50,812 nt of DNA from Clostridia bacterium (GCA_017648085.1 JAGCJI010000108.1:1-50812), one strand, 5' to 3'. Numbered from the stretch's first letter, positions 18,190 to 28,181 are shown. A program made the numbers and translations. Notes: generated by a model from the letters alone, not told the origin.

Positions 18190-19221
18190 TTAATAATGAA
18201 CCTTCTTCTTGCTGACCTGAAGGTTAACAAGAGTAACGGCAAGTATTATTAAAAACAGTATGATAGCGGCGGCACTTGCGCGGCCCTGGCTGTTCGTTTC
18301 AAGGGCGTCGTAAATGAATCCGACCATAGTGTTAAGGCGCTTCGGCGCATCGGGCGGTCCCATTTTCTCACCGAAGATACCGACGATGCTCGTATATTCC
18401 TTAAATCCGCCGATAAAGCCGGTGATAACGACGTATGCAAGCATAGGGGAGAGAAGCGGAACGGTAATTCTTGCGAAAATTCTTCTTCTCGACGTACCGT
18501 CAACCTTGGCCGCGTCGTAATACTGCTTATTGATGCTCTGAAGTCCTCCGAGCAGGATGAGTATTTTAAACGGCAAGGCGTTCCATACTATATACACCGT
18601 CATAACCACGACGTTGGCAAGATAGGTAGAGCCGACGTTTATCCAGTTGATCGGCTCGACGCCGAATATACCCAGCATATTGTTGATTATACCTGCAGTA
18701 ACTACCAGCTCGTTTTCAGTACCGAGGAATGAGCCGACGATGTTAAACATTGCCGCAAATACCATACCGATAGCAATAGAGTTGGTTACGTAGGGCAGGA
18801 AGAATATCGTCTGCAAAAATCTTTGCAGGGGCTTGATCGAGTTGAGGCATACCGCGATAAGAAGCGCGAGTATGGTGGATACCGGTACGGTAAGCACGCA
18901 GAGAAGCATCGTGTTGGAAAGACAGGTCACGAACTTCTTATACTGAATTACCTTGATGAAATTACCGAAGCCGAACTTAAACGTCTGTCCGCCTACTGCG
19001 GCAAGACCGCTGTAATTTTCAAGGAATGCCATTCTTATCGTATTTATGATTGGCCAGCCCGTAAACACGAGAAGCAGGACGAGCGCGGGCGAAAGATAGA
19101 GCCACGCCTTCCATTTGTCGAACTTCTTATAGACTGTATTTACGCAGAAGCCCTGCCAAATCCACTTTTTGCAGAAAACCTGACCAAACCATTCAAAAAC
19201 GTTTAGCTTGTTTTCCTTCAT
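18190..19221 (-). CDS. ABC transporter permease (MalF/UgpA-like)
   Basis: EAA-type loop AAKVDGTSRRRIFARITVPLLSP. Multi-pass hydrophobic profile. Confidence 0.85.
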   Translation of the reverse strand: MKENKLNVFEWFGQVFCKKWIWQGFCVNTVYKKFDKWKAWLYLSPALVLLLVFTGWPIINTIRMAFLENYSGLAAVGGQTFKFGFGNFIKVIQYKKFVTCLSNTMLLCVLTVPVSTILALLIAVCLNSIKPLQRFLQTIFFLPYVTNSIAIGMVFAAMFNIVGSFLGTENELVVTAGIINNMLGIFGVEPINWINVGSTYLANVVVMTVYIVWNALPFKILILLGGLQSINKQYYDAAKVDGTSRRRIFARITVPLLSPMLAYVVITGFIGGFKEYTSIVGIFGEKMGPPDAPKRLNTMVGFIYDALETNSQGRASAAAIILFLIILAVTLVNLQVSKKKVHY

Positions 19222-19222
19222 T

Positions 19223-20326
19223 TTACTTCACCTCGAAATAGATTCTTTCCTCGGTTTCCTTATTGAAGAGGAGAACCTTGTGAGGCTTGAGGTCGTATTT
19301 AACCTTTGCGGCGGACATATCGATCTTATTGTCCGCGTCAACAATGGAGCGGATGATGGGATTAAGGGAGTTTTCGTGACGGCTTACTATGCTCACGTCG
19401 CGTCCCATTACCTCTACGCTTGAAAGGTCACAGCTGAAGCGGCCGTTTTCGTTCGGTATGAATCCCTCGGGACGAATACCTACGGTTACTTCGCAGTCGC
19501 TTACTCCGCCAACGTCAAGCACGTCCTCGCCGCCGATATAGAGCTTACCGCCCTGAACCTTACCCGAGAATACGTTGATGGGGGGAGTACCGAGGAACTT
19601 TGCAACGAAAAGATTGGTGGGATCGTCATAAACCTCCTGGGGCGCGCCTATCTGCTGAAGAACGCCGAGCTTCATAACGACTATCATATCGGAGATGGAC
19701 ATTGCCTCCTCCTGGTCGTGCGTTACGAAAATGGTGGTGATGCCGGTGTCTCTCTGGATTCTTCTGATCTCCTCACGGGTCTGAAGACGGAGGCGCGCAT
19801 CAAGGTTGGAGAGCGGCTCGTCAAGAAGGAGAACCTTCGGCACTTTAACGAGTGCGCGCGCGATAGCAACACGCTGCTGCTGACCGCCGGAAAGCTCGCT
19901 CGGCTTTCTCTCCATAAGGTTGTCGATCTGAACGAGCTTTGCTGCCCAGATCGCCTTCTCAAGCATTTCCTCCTTGGTCATCTTGTCCTCGCCCTTCAGG
20001 TTTTGCAGGGGGAAAAGAATGTTTTGCTTGACCGTCATATGAGGATAGAGCGCGTAGTTCTGGAACACGAGTCCTACTCCTCTGTTTTCGGGTGAAAGCT
20101 CGGTAACGTCGTCGTCACCGAAGAAAATTTTTCCGCTCGTGGGCTTTTGAAGTCCGCTTATCATGTAAAGCGTCGTGCTCTTTCCGCAGCCGGACGGACC
20201 GAGAAGTCCGATAAGCTTTCCGTCGGGGATAGTAAAGGTGAAATCGTTTACCGCGATTACCTCTTCACCCGCTTTTTTGCTGCGAGAGGGAAAGATTTTC
20301 GTCAGATTCTGTAATTCGACTTTCAT
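19223..20326 (-). CDS. ABC transporter ATP-binding protein (MalK/UgpC/MsmX type)
   Basis: Walker A GPSGCGKST, signature LSGGQQQRVAIARAL, Walker B LLLDEPLSNLDA, and a C-terminal TOBE-like domain. Confidence 0.9.
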   Translation of the reverse strand: MKVELQNLTKIFPSRSKKAGEEVIAVNDFTFTIPDGKLIGLLGPSGCGKSTTLYMISGLQKPTSGKIFFGDDDVTELSPENRGVGLVFQNYALYPHMTVKQNILFPLQNLKGEDKMTKEEMLEKAIWAAKLVQIDNLMERKPSELSGGQQQRVAIARALVKVPKVLLLDEPLSNLDARLRLQTREEIRRIQRDTGITTIFVTHDQEEAMSISDMIVVMKLGVLQQIGAPQEVYDDPTNLFVAKFLGTPPINVFSGKVQGGKLYIGGEDVLDVGGVSDCEVTVGIRPEGFIPNENGRFSCDLSSVEVMGRDVSIVSRHENSLNPIIRSIVDADNKIDMSAAKVKYDLKPHKVLLFNKETEERIYFEVK

Positions 20327-20380
20327 AAAATCTTCCTTTCTTGGTGGTTGTTTATATGTAAATTTTATTTACAGACAAAA

Positions 20381-21142
20381 TCAGTAGTCGGCTTTAGCCG
20401 CGTTTTCCGCGTGGAGCTTCTTTTTGTACTCTAAAAGCTCGTCCTCGGTTTCAAATATCATCTGGCTCTGCATATCGACGACGACCGTCATTGCAAGAAG
20501 GTCGTGCACGGTGGAGCGGGTCGAGGTGGAGCAAATGACCGCAAGCTCCAAAATAAGCAAAAGACCCAGGATGACTATTCCAACGATTCCTATCTGGGAG
20601 AAGAAGATCATTATCACGATAAGGGCGGGCACCATCGTTTCTATAGTGCATTTTCCGAGTATCGTGCGGATGAAAAGCGATATGCTGTTTATCCTCGTAT
20701 GATTCGTCCTCATAACACCTAAACCGAATATCTTCTTGCCTAGAGTCTGTCCGTTTTTGAAAATCAACGGTACGACAAAGTCGCAGATAATATATGCGGT
20801 GAAAACGCTTATCGACATGATCGTAAGCGTAAGGTTTATCACCATCGTGTAGGTGTAAGCAAGGTCCTTGTCCTCGTTGAAAGCCTCCTCGGCCTCTTTA
20901 TATTTATCCTTTTCCGTATCGGTGAGCTTGTTATACTCATCCTCGGTTATATCAAAGGAAATTCCGTATTTTTCTTCATACTGCGCATAGATTTTATCCA
21001 TCTTTGCGGTGTAGGTGTCATATCCAAACAGCGCGGAGCATAAAAGTGCTATTCCTACGGCAATTATAGCCAGCATTATGAAATCGAAAATGAATGCGGA
21101 TATTCGCTTCCACATGCTTGCTTTCTGAAGCTCGTGCAGCAT
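20381..21142 (-). CDS. RDD family membrane protein
   Basis: WKRISAFIFDFIMLAII and NGQTLGKKIFGLGVMR, typical of the RDD family. First gene of the operon. Confidence 0.65.
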   Translation of the reverse strand: MLHELQKASMWKRISAFIFDFIMLAIIAVGIALLCSALFGYDTYTAKMDKIYAQYEEKYGISFDITEDEYNKLTDTEKDKYKEAEEAFNEDKDLAYTYTMVINLTLTIMSISVFTAYIICDFVVPLIFKNGQTLGKKIFGLGVMRTNHTRINSISLFIRTILGKCTIETMVPALIVIMIFFSQIGIVGIVILGLLLILELAVICSTSTRSTVHDLLAMTVVVDMQSQMIFETEDELLEYKKKLHAENAAKADY

Positions 21143-21176
21143 ATATTTCTCCTCTCACGCGTTATATAGTATAAAT

Positions 21177-21205
21177 ATTATAGCACGCGTACTCTAAAAT
21201 AGCAA
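21177..21205 (-). promoter_or_regulatory. promoter of the RDD-ABC-nuclease operon
   Basis: Minus strand: TTGCTA (21205-21200), 17-nt spacer, TATAAT (21182-21177). Confidence 0.5.
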
Positions 21206-21330
21206 CACAAAAAATGTTTTTTTGTCAAAAACGGAGATTTGTTTCGGCATAATTAACAAAAATTGGCATCCTTATCGTTAAAAATATCTTAAAGAGAACG
21301 TGCGTGCGAAAATTCGACGGCGAAAATTGG

Positions 21331-21370
21331 CAAAAAAACGGCGGGGGCTTTTAAAATAGCCCTCGCCGTT
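21331..21370 (-). terminator. rho-independent terminator of the 5'-nucleotidase gene
   Basis: AACGGCGAGGGC / GCCCCCGCCGTT stem (one mismatch) followed by a T-run on the minus strand. Confidence 0.75.
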
Positions 21371-21373
21371 CGG

Positions 21374-23203
21374 TTACTTATTTTTAAAATAATCAGCAAG
21401 AAGATCTCTGGCGTATACGCCGTCGGTATACCGTACGACCTCAACAAGGTTGTTCCAGGAATAAGTAGAGGTATAGGAGTCTACTACCACGTAGTAATAC
21501 TCGTTATTCTTGATATTTTTCATAGTTGCGTTTCCATAAGCGGTATAGCTCATGTGGTATGATGAGTTGTCGGTGTTAATGAATACGCGCTTAAGGTCGG
21601 AGCCCAGTATCTTGCAAAGCACGATCTGATTATCAAAGCAGAACAGGGTCTGTAAGTCGCCATAGGTGACCTCTCCGACAGCTAGCTTGTACGGGCTGCG
21701 AGCCTGAATGAAGCCGCCGCCGAGGAAGATGTCATACTCATCACCCCATACCTCAACGCCGAGGTCGCGGTAAAGCTGTGCAACAAGCTCTGCAAGCGCG
21801 TCTCTGTTCATATAAGTGGGGTTGTAGCCTACGACCGTGCCCGCAATATCGATAACGTCGGCGTATTTTAAGAGTAACTGATTTACTATCGGATCGTCCG
21901 CAAAATTCTGATACGTATACTTGGTTACGGGTTCTGCCACGGTGGTTTGGGTAGTACCCGTGACGAAATTTACGTATATTTCGACGTGGGATATGCCGTA
22001 ATTGTTATCGCCGCCGCTTTGGACGTGATACACGCCGTGAGTGTCGGTTGCAACGTATCGCTGATGCGTATGCGCCTCGAAAACGAGGTCAACGTAATCG
22101 CCGGAAAGGGAGGGGTCATAATAGGAGGAAAGGTTGCTGTTTGAGAGACTTGACGAACCGGACGAGCCGTATCCGTCGTGTATGGAATATACGATGAAGT
22201 CGGCACCCATGTCGCGCAATTTGGTGCTTTCCGCCTTAACGAGAGCGGTAAGCTCGCTACCTACCTTAAAGTAGTAGCCGGCACTTTTGTCGGTTGCAAT
22301 CGAGGAATAGCAGTCGCCTATTGCACCGATTATTCCTACCTGTATTTCTCCAAGGTCAATGAATACGGAAGGGGCACAAAACTCTGCACGACCCCCACTC
22401 GAGCGCTCAAAAACGTTTATCGCAAGGATGGGGAACTCTGCTGCGTCGGCATTTTTCTTTATGACGTCCGCGCCGAAGTCAAATTCGTGGTTGCCAAGCG
22501 TCATAGCCGCGAAATCCAAGTGATTCATCCAATCGGTGATGATCAGGCCCTCGGTAAGATTTGACTCGGAGCTGCCCTGCCACATATCGCCGACGGAGAG
22601 GAGAATGGTGTTATCGTCCTTTTTCGTTTGTTCTTTAATATAGGTTGTGAGCTCGTCCACACCGATTTGCTCGTCAGTATCGGCAAGCTTGCCGTGTAGG
22701 TCATTGATAACGTAAAAGTCAACGTATACGAGAACCGATATTTCACATTTATCGCAAATGCCGTTATCGTCTCCGTCTGCGTGTGGCTCGCCGTCGGTGC
22801 ATTCGGGATTTGGGTTTTTAAATTGCTCGCTGCACTTGTCGCAAATTCCGTTTCCGTCGACGTCAGTATGTACGCCATCCTCACAACCGGGATTCTCAAG
22901 CGAAATTTCACATTTATCGCAAATTCCGTTTCCGTCGGCGTCGGTATGTACGCCGTCGTTGCAATTTGGACGCTCAAGCGGGCTTTCGCATTCGTCGCAA
23001 ACGTAGTCAAGGTTTGAATCGGTGTGCTGACCGTTCAGAATACAGTCCGGCTTTTTAGGAACGCGAGAATAGCATACGTCGCATATTCCGTTGCCGTTTT
23101 CGTCAACGTGCAGACCTGTTTTATCACAGCCCGGCAGCTGTCCGTTGCATCCGTATAGGAAAAGCAACAGTACTATAAGTAGTGCCGAAACGGCTCTTTT
23201 CAC
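21374..23203 (-). CDS. lipoprotein metallophosphatase / 5'-nucleotidase with N-terminal Cys-rich repeat array
   Basis: Lipobox LYGC. Five ~28-aa repeats (C..G.HTD.DGNGICDKCE). Calcineurin-like motifs VINDLHGKL, GDMWQGS, GNHEFD. 5'-nucleotidase C-terminal-like region. GTG start with an AAGGAGGA RBS. Confidence 0.85.
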   Translation of the reverse strand: MKRAVSALLIVLLLFLYGCNGQLPGCDKTGLHVDENGNGICDVCYSRVPKKPDCILNGQHTDSNLDYVCDECESPLERPNCNDGVHTDADGNGICDKCEISLENPGCEDGVHTDVDGNGICDKCSEQFKNPNPECTDGEPHADGDDNGICDKCEISVLVYVDFYVINDLHGKLADTDEQIGVDELTTYIKEQTKKDDNTILLSVGDMWQGSSESNLTEGLIITDWMNHLDFAAMTLGNHEFDFGADVIKKNADAAEFPILAINVFERSSGGRAEFCAPSVFIDLGEIQVGIIGAIGDCYSSIATDKSAGYYFKVGSELTALVKAESTKLRDMGADFIVYSIHDGYGSSGSSSLSNSNLSSYYDPSLSGDYVDLVFEAHTHQRYVATDTHGVYHVQSGGDNNYGISHVEIYVNFVTGTTQTTVAEPVTKYTYQNFADDPIVNQLLLKYADVIDIAGTVVGYNPTYMNRDALAELVAQLYRDLGVEVWGDEYDIFLGGGFIQARSPYKLAVGEVTYGDLQTLFCFDNQIVLCKILGSDLKRVFINTDNSSYHMSYTAYGNATMKNIKNNEYYYVVVDSYTSTYSWNNLVEVVRYTDGVYARDLLADYFKNK

Positions 23204-23652
23204 CGGGGCATCCTCCTTGTGAGTTGTATTTCTTTTAGTTCAATATAACATATTTTCGGCGTGGTGTCAACACTCGCACTCGCAAAGTAATAAAAAATGC
23301 AAGGGGAGTGGCGAAAAATGCTTCTAACTTCACACGTGTGGCGTTCCTCTTCGCCGTTTTGACACTTTTTGGGGCGAAAAACAGAGGATAAAAAACAAGA
23401 AAAAATTCAAAAAAAGTTTTTCACCACCCCCGTGTAGCGTTTTTAGGGGGGTTAAGTAAATAAAAGTTTACATTTTTACATATTTTTGTAAAAATTCAAA
23501 AGATTGGAAAACAATCCTTAAATTATAATAACTTATGCATTATATACAAAATAATAGATTGAAAAATATTAAACATTCACAAACAAGCTTTAGAAATTTA
23601 TCGTCATTATTGCTAAATAATTGGGCAAAATCACGTATTTGGTCGAAAAGGG

Positions 23653-23681
23653 TTGAAAAAAACGGTCCAAAGGAGTATTAT
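23653..23681 (+). promoter_or_regulatory. promoter of the 11-gene surface operon
   Basis: TTGAAA (23653-23658), 17-nt spacer, TATTAT (23676-23681). Sits at the end of a 512-nt AT-rich non-coding region. Confidence 0.5.
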
Positions 23682-23715
23682 ATTATAAATCATATTATTT
23701 TAGGAGGTTTCCGGT

Positions 23716-24399
23716 ATGAAAAATGCAAAAATCGTGCTCGCGATCTTGCCGTTTCTCGTTTGCGCTTTGCTCTTCAGCGTGGGTTTTTCCACCTGGACGC
23801 TTGCCGTACCGAGTGAAGTTAGTGCCGAAACCTCTTTTTCAGTTTCGGTAGCTCCGATCTACAAGGCAGACGAATTTATTTCCGTAACTAAAATGGACAT
23901 GTTTAAGTATAGCTCGCTGCACTTCGTAGATTCAAACGGCGCGCCTTCGGACGTCGGCTCGTTGGTCGTCAGCTGTGAGGTCGATCTTGACGCCTGCCGT
24001 GAGGCACTCGGTTCAAAATGGAACGGTGCGTTGTCGGTGCGAATTGACCTGCTCTATTCAAACCTCTGCCTTGAGGATGGGGAGAGCTACAATCTGTTTC
24101 AGGAGATCAGCGGCGAGTATCAAAAGAGCATGGGCGCAAATCTCATAGTAGGTGATACCAAGACCGCCTGCTCGCTCACGAATGGCGGCAGCTACGTTTC
24201 CGTTACGGCAACAGTAAATCCCGGCACAGCCGCTACCGGTACTTATTCGTTCGGTCTTGAATTTGCCTTCAACGTGCCGATGAATAAGCCGAACACCGAA
24301 ATCCCGTCGAATTTCCGCCACGTATTCGGAAAATATCTTAAAAACAAGCCGAACGACAAGACCGACTTTATCGTAACGGCAAGAATAACAGAAATCTAA
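23716..24399 (+). CDS. small secreted protein P1 with SipW-type N-terminal motif (candidate fibre/matrix subunit)
   Basis: AGGAGG RBS. N-terminus ...LLFSVGFSTWTLAV. The C-terminal FGLEFAFN...PSNF resembles P2/P3. Confidence 0.6.
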   Translation: MKNAKIVLAILPFLVCALLFSVGFSTWTLAVPSEVSAETSFSVSVAPIYKADEFISVTKMDMFKYSSLHFVDSNGAPSDVGSLVVSCEVDLDACREALGSKWNGALSVRIDLLYSNLCLEDGESYNLFQEISGEYQKSMGANLIVGDTKTACSLTNGGSYVSVTATVNPGTAATGTYSFGLEFAFNVPMNKPNTEIPSNFRHVFGKYLKNKPNDKTDFIVTARITEI

Positions 24400-24464
24400 A
24401 ATAAGCCCGCGCAAAGCACCGGGTATTATCGGCAAGAGCCAAAATCTAACGAAAGGAGAGAGCC

Positions 24465-27400
24465 ATGACGAAGTTTGGAACTAAAATTGCAGTCTTACTT
24501 ATGTTTATAATTCTGTCGCTGTCACTTGTCGGCACTGCGTCGTGGATGATAATTCTCTCCTCGTCGCAGGACGTTGATTCTGCGGACGAATACAGCAACC
24601 CCTGCTTTACCTCCGAGGGCGTTTACAACGGCGACGAGCAGCTTCCCACTCTTAACGAGATTGGTATTGAGGTTTACGGCGAGGAGTTTATATCCGGCGC
24701 GGACTGCTCAATTACCTACGTACGCGGTGTAGACGCAATCGGAAATTCCTTTGCCGATTTCAGCGGCAACGAAAGCGTAGCCGTAGGAACTCACTACTAC
24801 AAAATAACGGATAACGTAACCGGACAGGTTATCTGTGAGGAGCATGCATACCGCATTACTCCCTCTCCCCTCATTATTAAGGATATAGCGATTACGGAGG
24901 GCACGAAGAGCGTGCTGTTCGTCGGCGATACTCTTTCGCTTGATATAACCGTTAATGTGCCGAAGGGTGCGACCAACTTTGACAAGGTGATAACCGTTAC
25001 CTATCCTATAACTACCTCGGATTATGCACCATCTAGCACGATGGCGTACGCGCCTACCGTTTTACTTGACGTGGAAGAGGCGGCGATGGAGGCAGGCTTT
25101 TCCTCCACCTACAACGTAGACGTATCCTTGCCTATAAGATGCGATCTTGACGGTATTGCGGTGATACTTCCTACGACGTATATCACCACGACCGCAAGCG
25201 CGACACCTCTCTATTACGGCACTCTTAACGATGCGCTTGATTTTGCGAGCACGCAGAATGCCGCAGGCACGAAGGTCGTGGCAATGCAGAGCTTTAATTA
25301 CGGAGAGGACGGTTATAGCTCTGCTACTCTTACAGCGGCTAACGATTATACGCATCAAATTACGAGAAATACAACCATTGCCACAAATGTAACTCTTGTC
25401 CTCCCCATTGATATAGACGGTGAAACTACGAACTATCGTGCCGATCCGACAGACCCTTATTATAAGCCTGCGAAAAAACCGAGCTGTGTAAACCTCGCAA
25501 CCTTGAATTCCGGTGTGAAGCTTACCGTGCAAGGCACTATAATCGTTGGCGGTATTGTCGGAACGCAAAACTCTGCTCATCCACAGGGTGTCACATCAAA
25601 TTCCTTTGCCGCGATAAATGCAAAATCGGGCAGCCTAATTGAGCTTGCCGATGGCGCGCTTCTCGATTGCTTTGGATACATATTTGATCCCGATTACGAT
25701 TCGGGGCTTCTGGGCGCAAAAATTAAGGCCGCATCCGGCTCTACAATAAAGATGCCATTCGTCGTTCACGACTACCACGGTGGAACTCACACGGTTGGTT
25801 GCTATCACCGTGCCGACGGAACCACAGACGATGCTATCTGTCCCTTTAACGTCTTTGATTTCCCGAATATTCACGCAACCCTCGTTTGCTCCTCCGGCTC
25901 TGGAATCAAGGGTTACGCGGACCTTTGGGCGGGCGATGAGCATAACTACGCTGAAACCGACGTTTTCGGTGACGCCAGCACAAATTCGTTCCTGACTCTT
26001 ACCAGTGGCAGTGCCACATTTAAGTATACTCCTGTTAAGGATACCGTTGACAACGACACCGGAGTAAGATATGTCAATTATCAGAGCTTTGAGCCAACCT
26101 ACGACGCGAAAACGCATATATCGCTTAACGGCAACGCTAAAACCGGCTCACTGTCCCTTACGGTTCAGGTTAATAAAACTATCTCAGGCATAAACGTTAA
26201 CGTTACAAAAACCGTGCAGCTTGCCGACGTAAGAATTCCTATTTCTCACAAGTTCCAAATAGAGCTTAACGGAAAACATACGTACCAGATAATGACAGAC
26301 TATAAGTTCCTTCCCGGCTCAATCCTTACGGTTAGAGAGAAGGCAAAATTGAAGATTGCATCTTCTGCATCCGCAATCTTCTATTCGGATGGAATTTACA
26401 AAACGAAATATACTGTACCCGCGACCGATTCGACTCCCGCAAAAGAGGTTTGGGCAGCGCAGGGCGCGAACATATGGGCAAAGGATAAAACCGCCCTTAC
26501 CTCTGATGGTGACGCCATAGTCGGCAGACCTCCCGCCTTGCTCACCGTTTACGGCGCACTTATTGTGGACGGTGCCATTTCGGGTGAGATATGTGCTGCG
26601 TCTGATCGCGCCGTTCTTGACCTTTCCGGTGCAAAGAGCCTATCCATCAGTTCCGTGGAAGGAAACGGAGACTATGAAATAAATTGGGGTGGTTTATTAG
26701 GCGCATTAGGCGGTGACTATTCTAAAGCGATAAACGGTGTAGTAACTGTGATTTACACCGAATCTTCGTCTGCGAAGGGAACCGTATCCGGTGTCGCAAA
26801 CGAAAGCTTTGAAAATAAGGTTTACGTGGGTGCAGCAACGTCGGCTACCTCTTACGGCTGGACTGTATCCGGAACCTACGCACTTTCCTATGAAAATATC
26901 GGCGCGGACGGATACACCGTAACGTTACCCAGCACAAACCCCACGACTTACCAGCCATCGGGCGATCCGATAAAACTCTCTGCTCCCACTGCTAACGGAC
27001 TCAAGTTCGCAGGTTGGTTTACCGACAGTGCTTGTTCGCCAGAAAGCCAGATAACCGTCCTTGACGGAGTAACGCTCTTTGCCGAAAACGGTGGTGAGGC
27101 AACGATTTATGCAAAGTGGGTAACAGAAACCTACACGATAAACTTCAACACTACTACAAATACGGGTAATATATCGAGCACGCCTAGCTACGACAGCATT
27201 CCTGTAGCAAGCGGAAGCAATTTTAATCCGTACACGAACACCGAGCTTGCGGACTTTACAGCTTTGCTCATAGAGACGTATAACTCCGATAGAACGATTA
27301 ACAGATACTTTGACGGTTGGTACACCTCTTCGAGCTTTAGCGAGGCAACCCGTATCGACGAAAATGACGGCATAACCGTCAGCGCAAATATAACTATTTA

Positions 27401-28010
27401 CGCTAAGTGGAGCGAGAAGCATAGCCTCTCGTTCAATATGCCCTCTGGCAAGGGACTATATTCTCTTAACAGCCTGTGGCTCGCACCGGGTGAATCAATT
27501 AACCTAACAACGTATGACACTCAGCGCGCAAGCAAAGATGCCGATGTTACGTTTGCATATTACTTTGTTGGTTGGTTTGAGGATGCAGCGTATGAGGCTC
27601 CTATCGGCAACGTCTTCGTGATGGGTAACAGTGACGTGACGTGCTACGCAAGATGGGATAACAAGGTTACTATAAAATTGACAAGTGATACGTTCACATA
27701 CTCATATAAGCTTATTTGGAATACTACTAGATCAGCGGACATAGTTAGCAATATTACCGTAAACGGAACCAAGATATCTGTTGGCGGAAATTTCTACCTA
27801 ATTCCTAATTCAACCTGTTCGATTCAGGTAAATACGAACACCTATACAACGTCGCTGACTAGTAGCACCTATTACGTTAACGTCACCGGTGTTACGATAG
27901 GAGGCACCGCAATCAGCGGATTGTCAACTCCCGCAAAGACGGTAACGTTTAGCTACACCGCGCCCTACTCGGGCAACCTGACTATGCACGTCAGCGGTGC
28001 AAAAGAATAA
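24465..28010 (+). CDS. 1181-aa surface protein / adhesin with SipW-type N-terminal motif and three C-terminal InlB B-repeat (Flg_new) domains
   Basis: N-terminus ...LSLVGTASWMIILSS. Repeats GLKFAGWFTDS...TIYAKW, YFDGWYTSS...TIYAKW and YYFVGWFED...TCYARW. Confidence 0.75.
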   Translation: MTKFGTKIAVLLMFIILSLSLVGTASWMIILSSSQDVDSADEYSNPCFTSEGVYNGDEQLPTLNEIGIEVYGEEFISGADCSITYVRGVDAIGNSFADFSGNESVAVGTHYYKITDNVTGQVICEEHAYRITPSPLIIKDIAITEGTKSVLFVGDTLSLDITVNVPKGATNFDKVITVTYPITTSDYAPSSTMAYAPTVLLDVEEAAMEAGFSSTYNVDVSLPIRCDLDGIAVILPTTYITTTASATPLYYGTLNDALDFASTQNAAGTKVVAMQSFNYGEDGYSSATLTAANDYTHQITRNTTIATNVTLVLPIDIDGETTNYRADPTDPYYKPAKKPSCVNLATLNSGVKLTVQGTIIVGGIVGTQNSAHPQGVTSNSFAAINAKSGSLIELADGALLDCFGYIFDPDYDSGLLGAKIKAASGSTIKMPFVVHDYHGGTHTVGCYHRADGTTDDAICPFNVFDFPNIHATLVCSSGSGIKGYADLWAGDEHNYAETDVFGDASTNSFLTLTSGSATFKYTPVKDTVDNDTGVRYVNYQSFEPTYDAKTHISLNGNAKTGSLSLTVQVNKTISGINVNVTKTVQLADVRIPISHKFQIELNGKHTYQIMTDYKFLPGSILTVREKAKLKIASSASAIFYSDGIYKTKYTVPATDSTPAKEVWAAQGANIWAKDKTALTSDGDAIVGRPPALLTVYGALIVDGAISGEICAASDRAVLDLSGAKSLSISSVEGNGDYEINWGGLLGALGGDYSKAINGVVTVIYTESSSAKGTVSGVANESFENKVYVGAATSATSYGWTVSGTYALSYENIGADGYTVTLPSTNPTTYQPSGDPIKLSAPTANGLKFAGWFTDSACSPESQITVLDGVTLFAENGGEATIYAKWVTETYTINFNTTTNTGNISSTPSYDSIPVASGSNFNPYTNTELADFTALLIETYNSDRTINRYFDGWYTSSSFSEATRIDENDGITVSANITIYAKWSEKHSLSFNMPSGKGLYSLNSLWLAPGESINLTTYDTQRASKDADVTFAYYFVGWFEDAAYEAPIGNVFVMGNSDVTCYARWDNKVTIKLTSDTFTYSYKLIWNTTRSADIVSNITVNGTKISVGGNFYLIPNSTCSIQVNTNTYTTSLTSSTYYVNVTGVTIGGTAISGLSTPAKTVTFSYTAPYSGNLTMHVSGAKE

Positions 28011-28022
28011 ATTTATAATCCC

Positions 28023-28046
28023 GCTCCGCCGCACAGGCGGCGGGGC
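28023..28046 (+). promoter_or_regulatory. GC-rich 10-bp hairpin without U-tract (possible processing or attenuation site)
   Basis: GCTCCGCCGC-ACAG-GCGGCGGGGC, directly after the adhesin stop. Confidence 0.4.
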
Positions 28047-28181
28047 ACCGGAAGAAAATCCACTTTGTATAGATGAAGTTTGAATATATAAAGGTGTTTA
28101 TATAGATAGCGCATACCGTAAATAGAAATAAAAAATAAAAATAAAAGAATGCGCGAAAGCGCAAAAAGAGAGGTACAAAAA

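Noticed and set aside
23535-23816. 93-aa ORF spanning the AT-rich upstream region and the start of P1.
   Set aside because: It overlaps the promoter, RBS and start of the well-supported P1 gene in another frame. It is AT-rich and low-complexity with no RBS.
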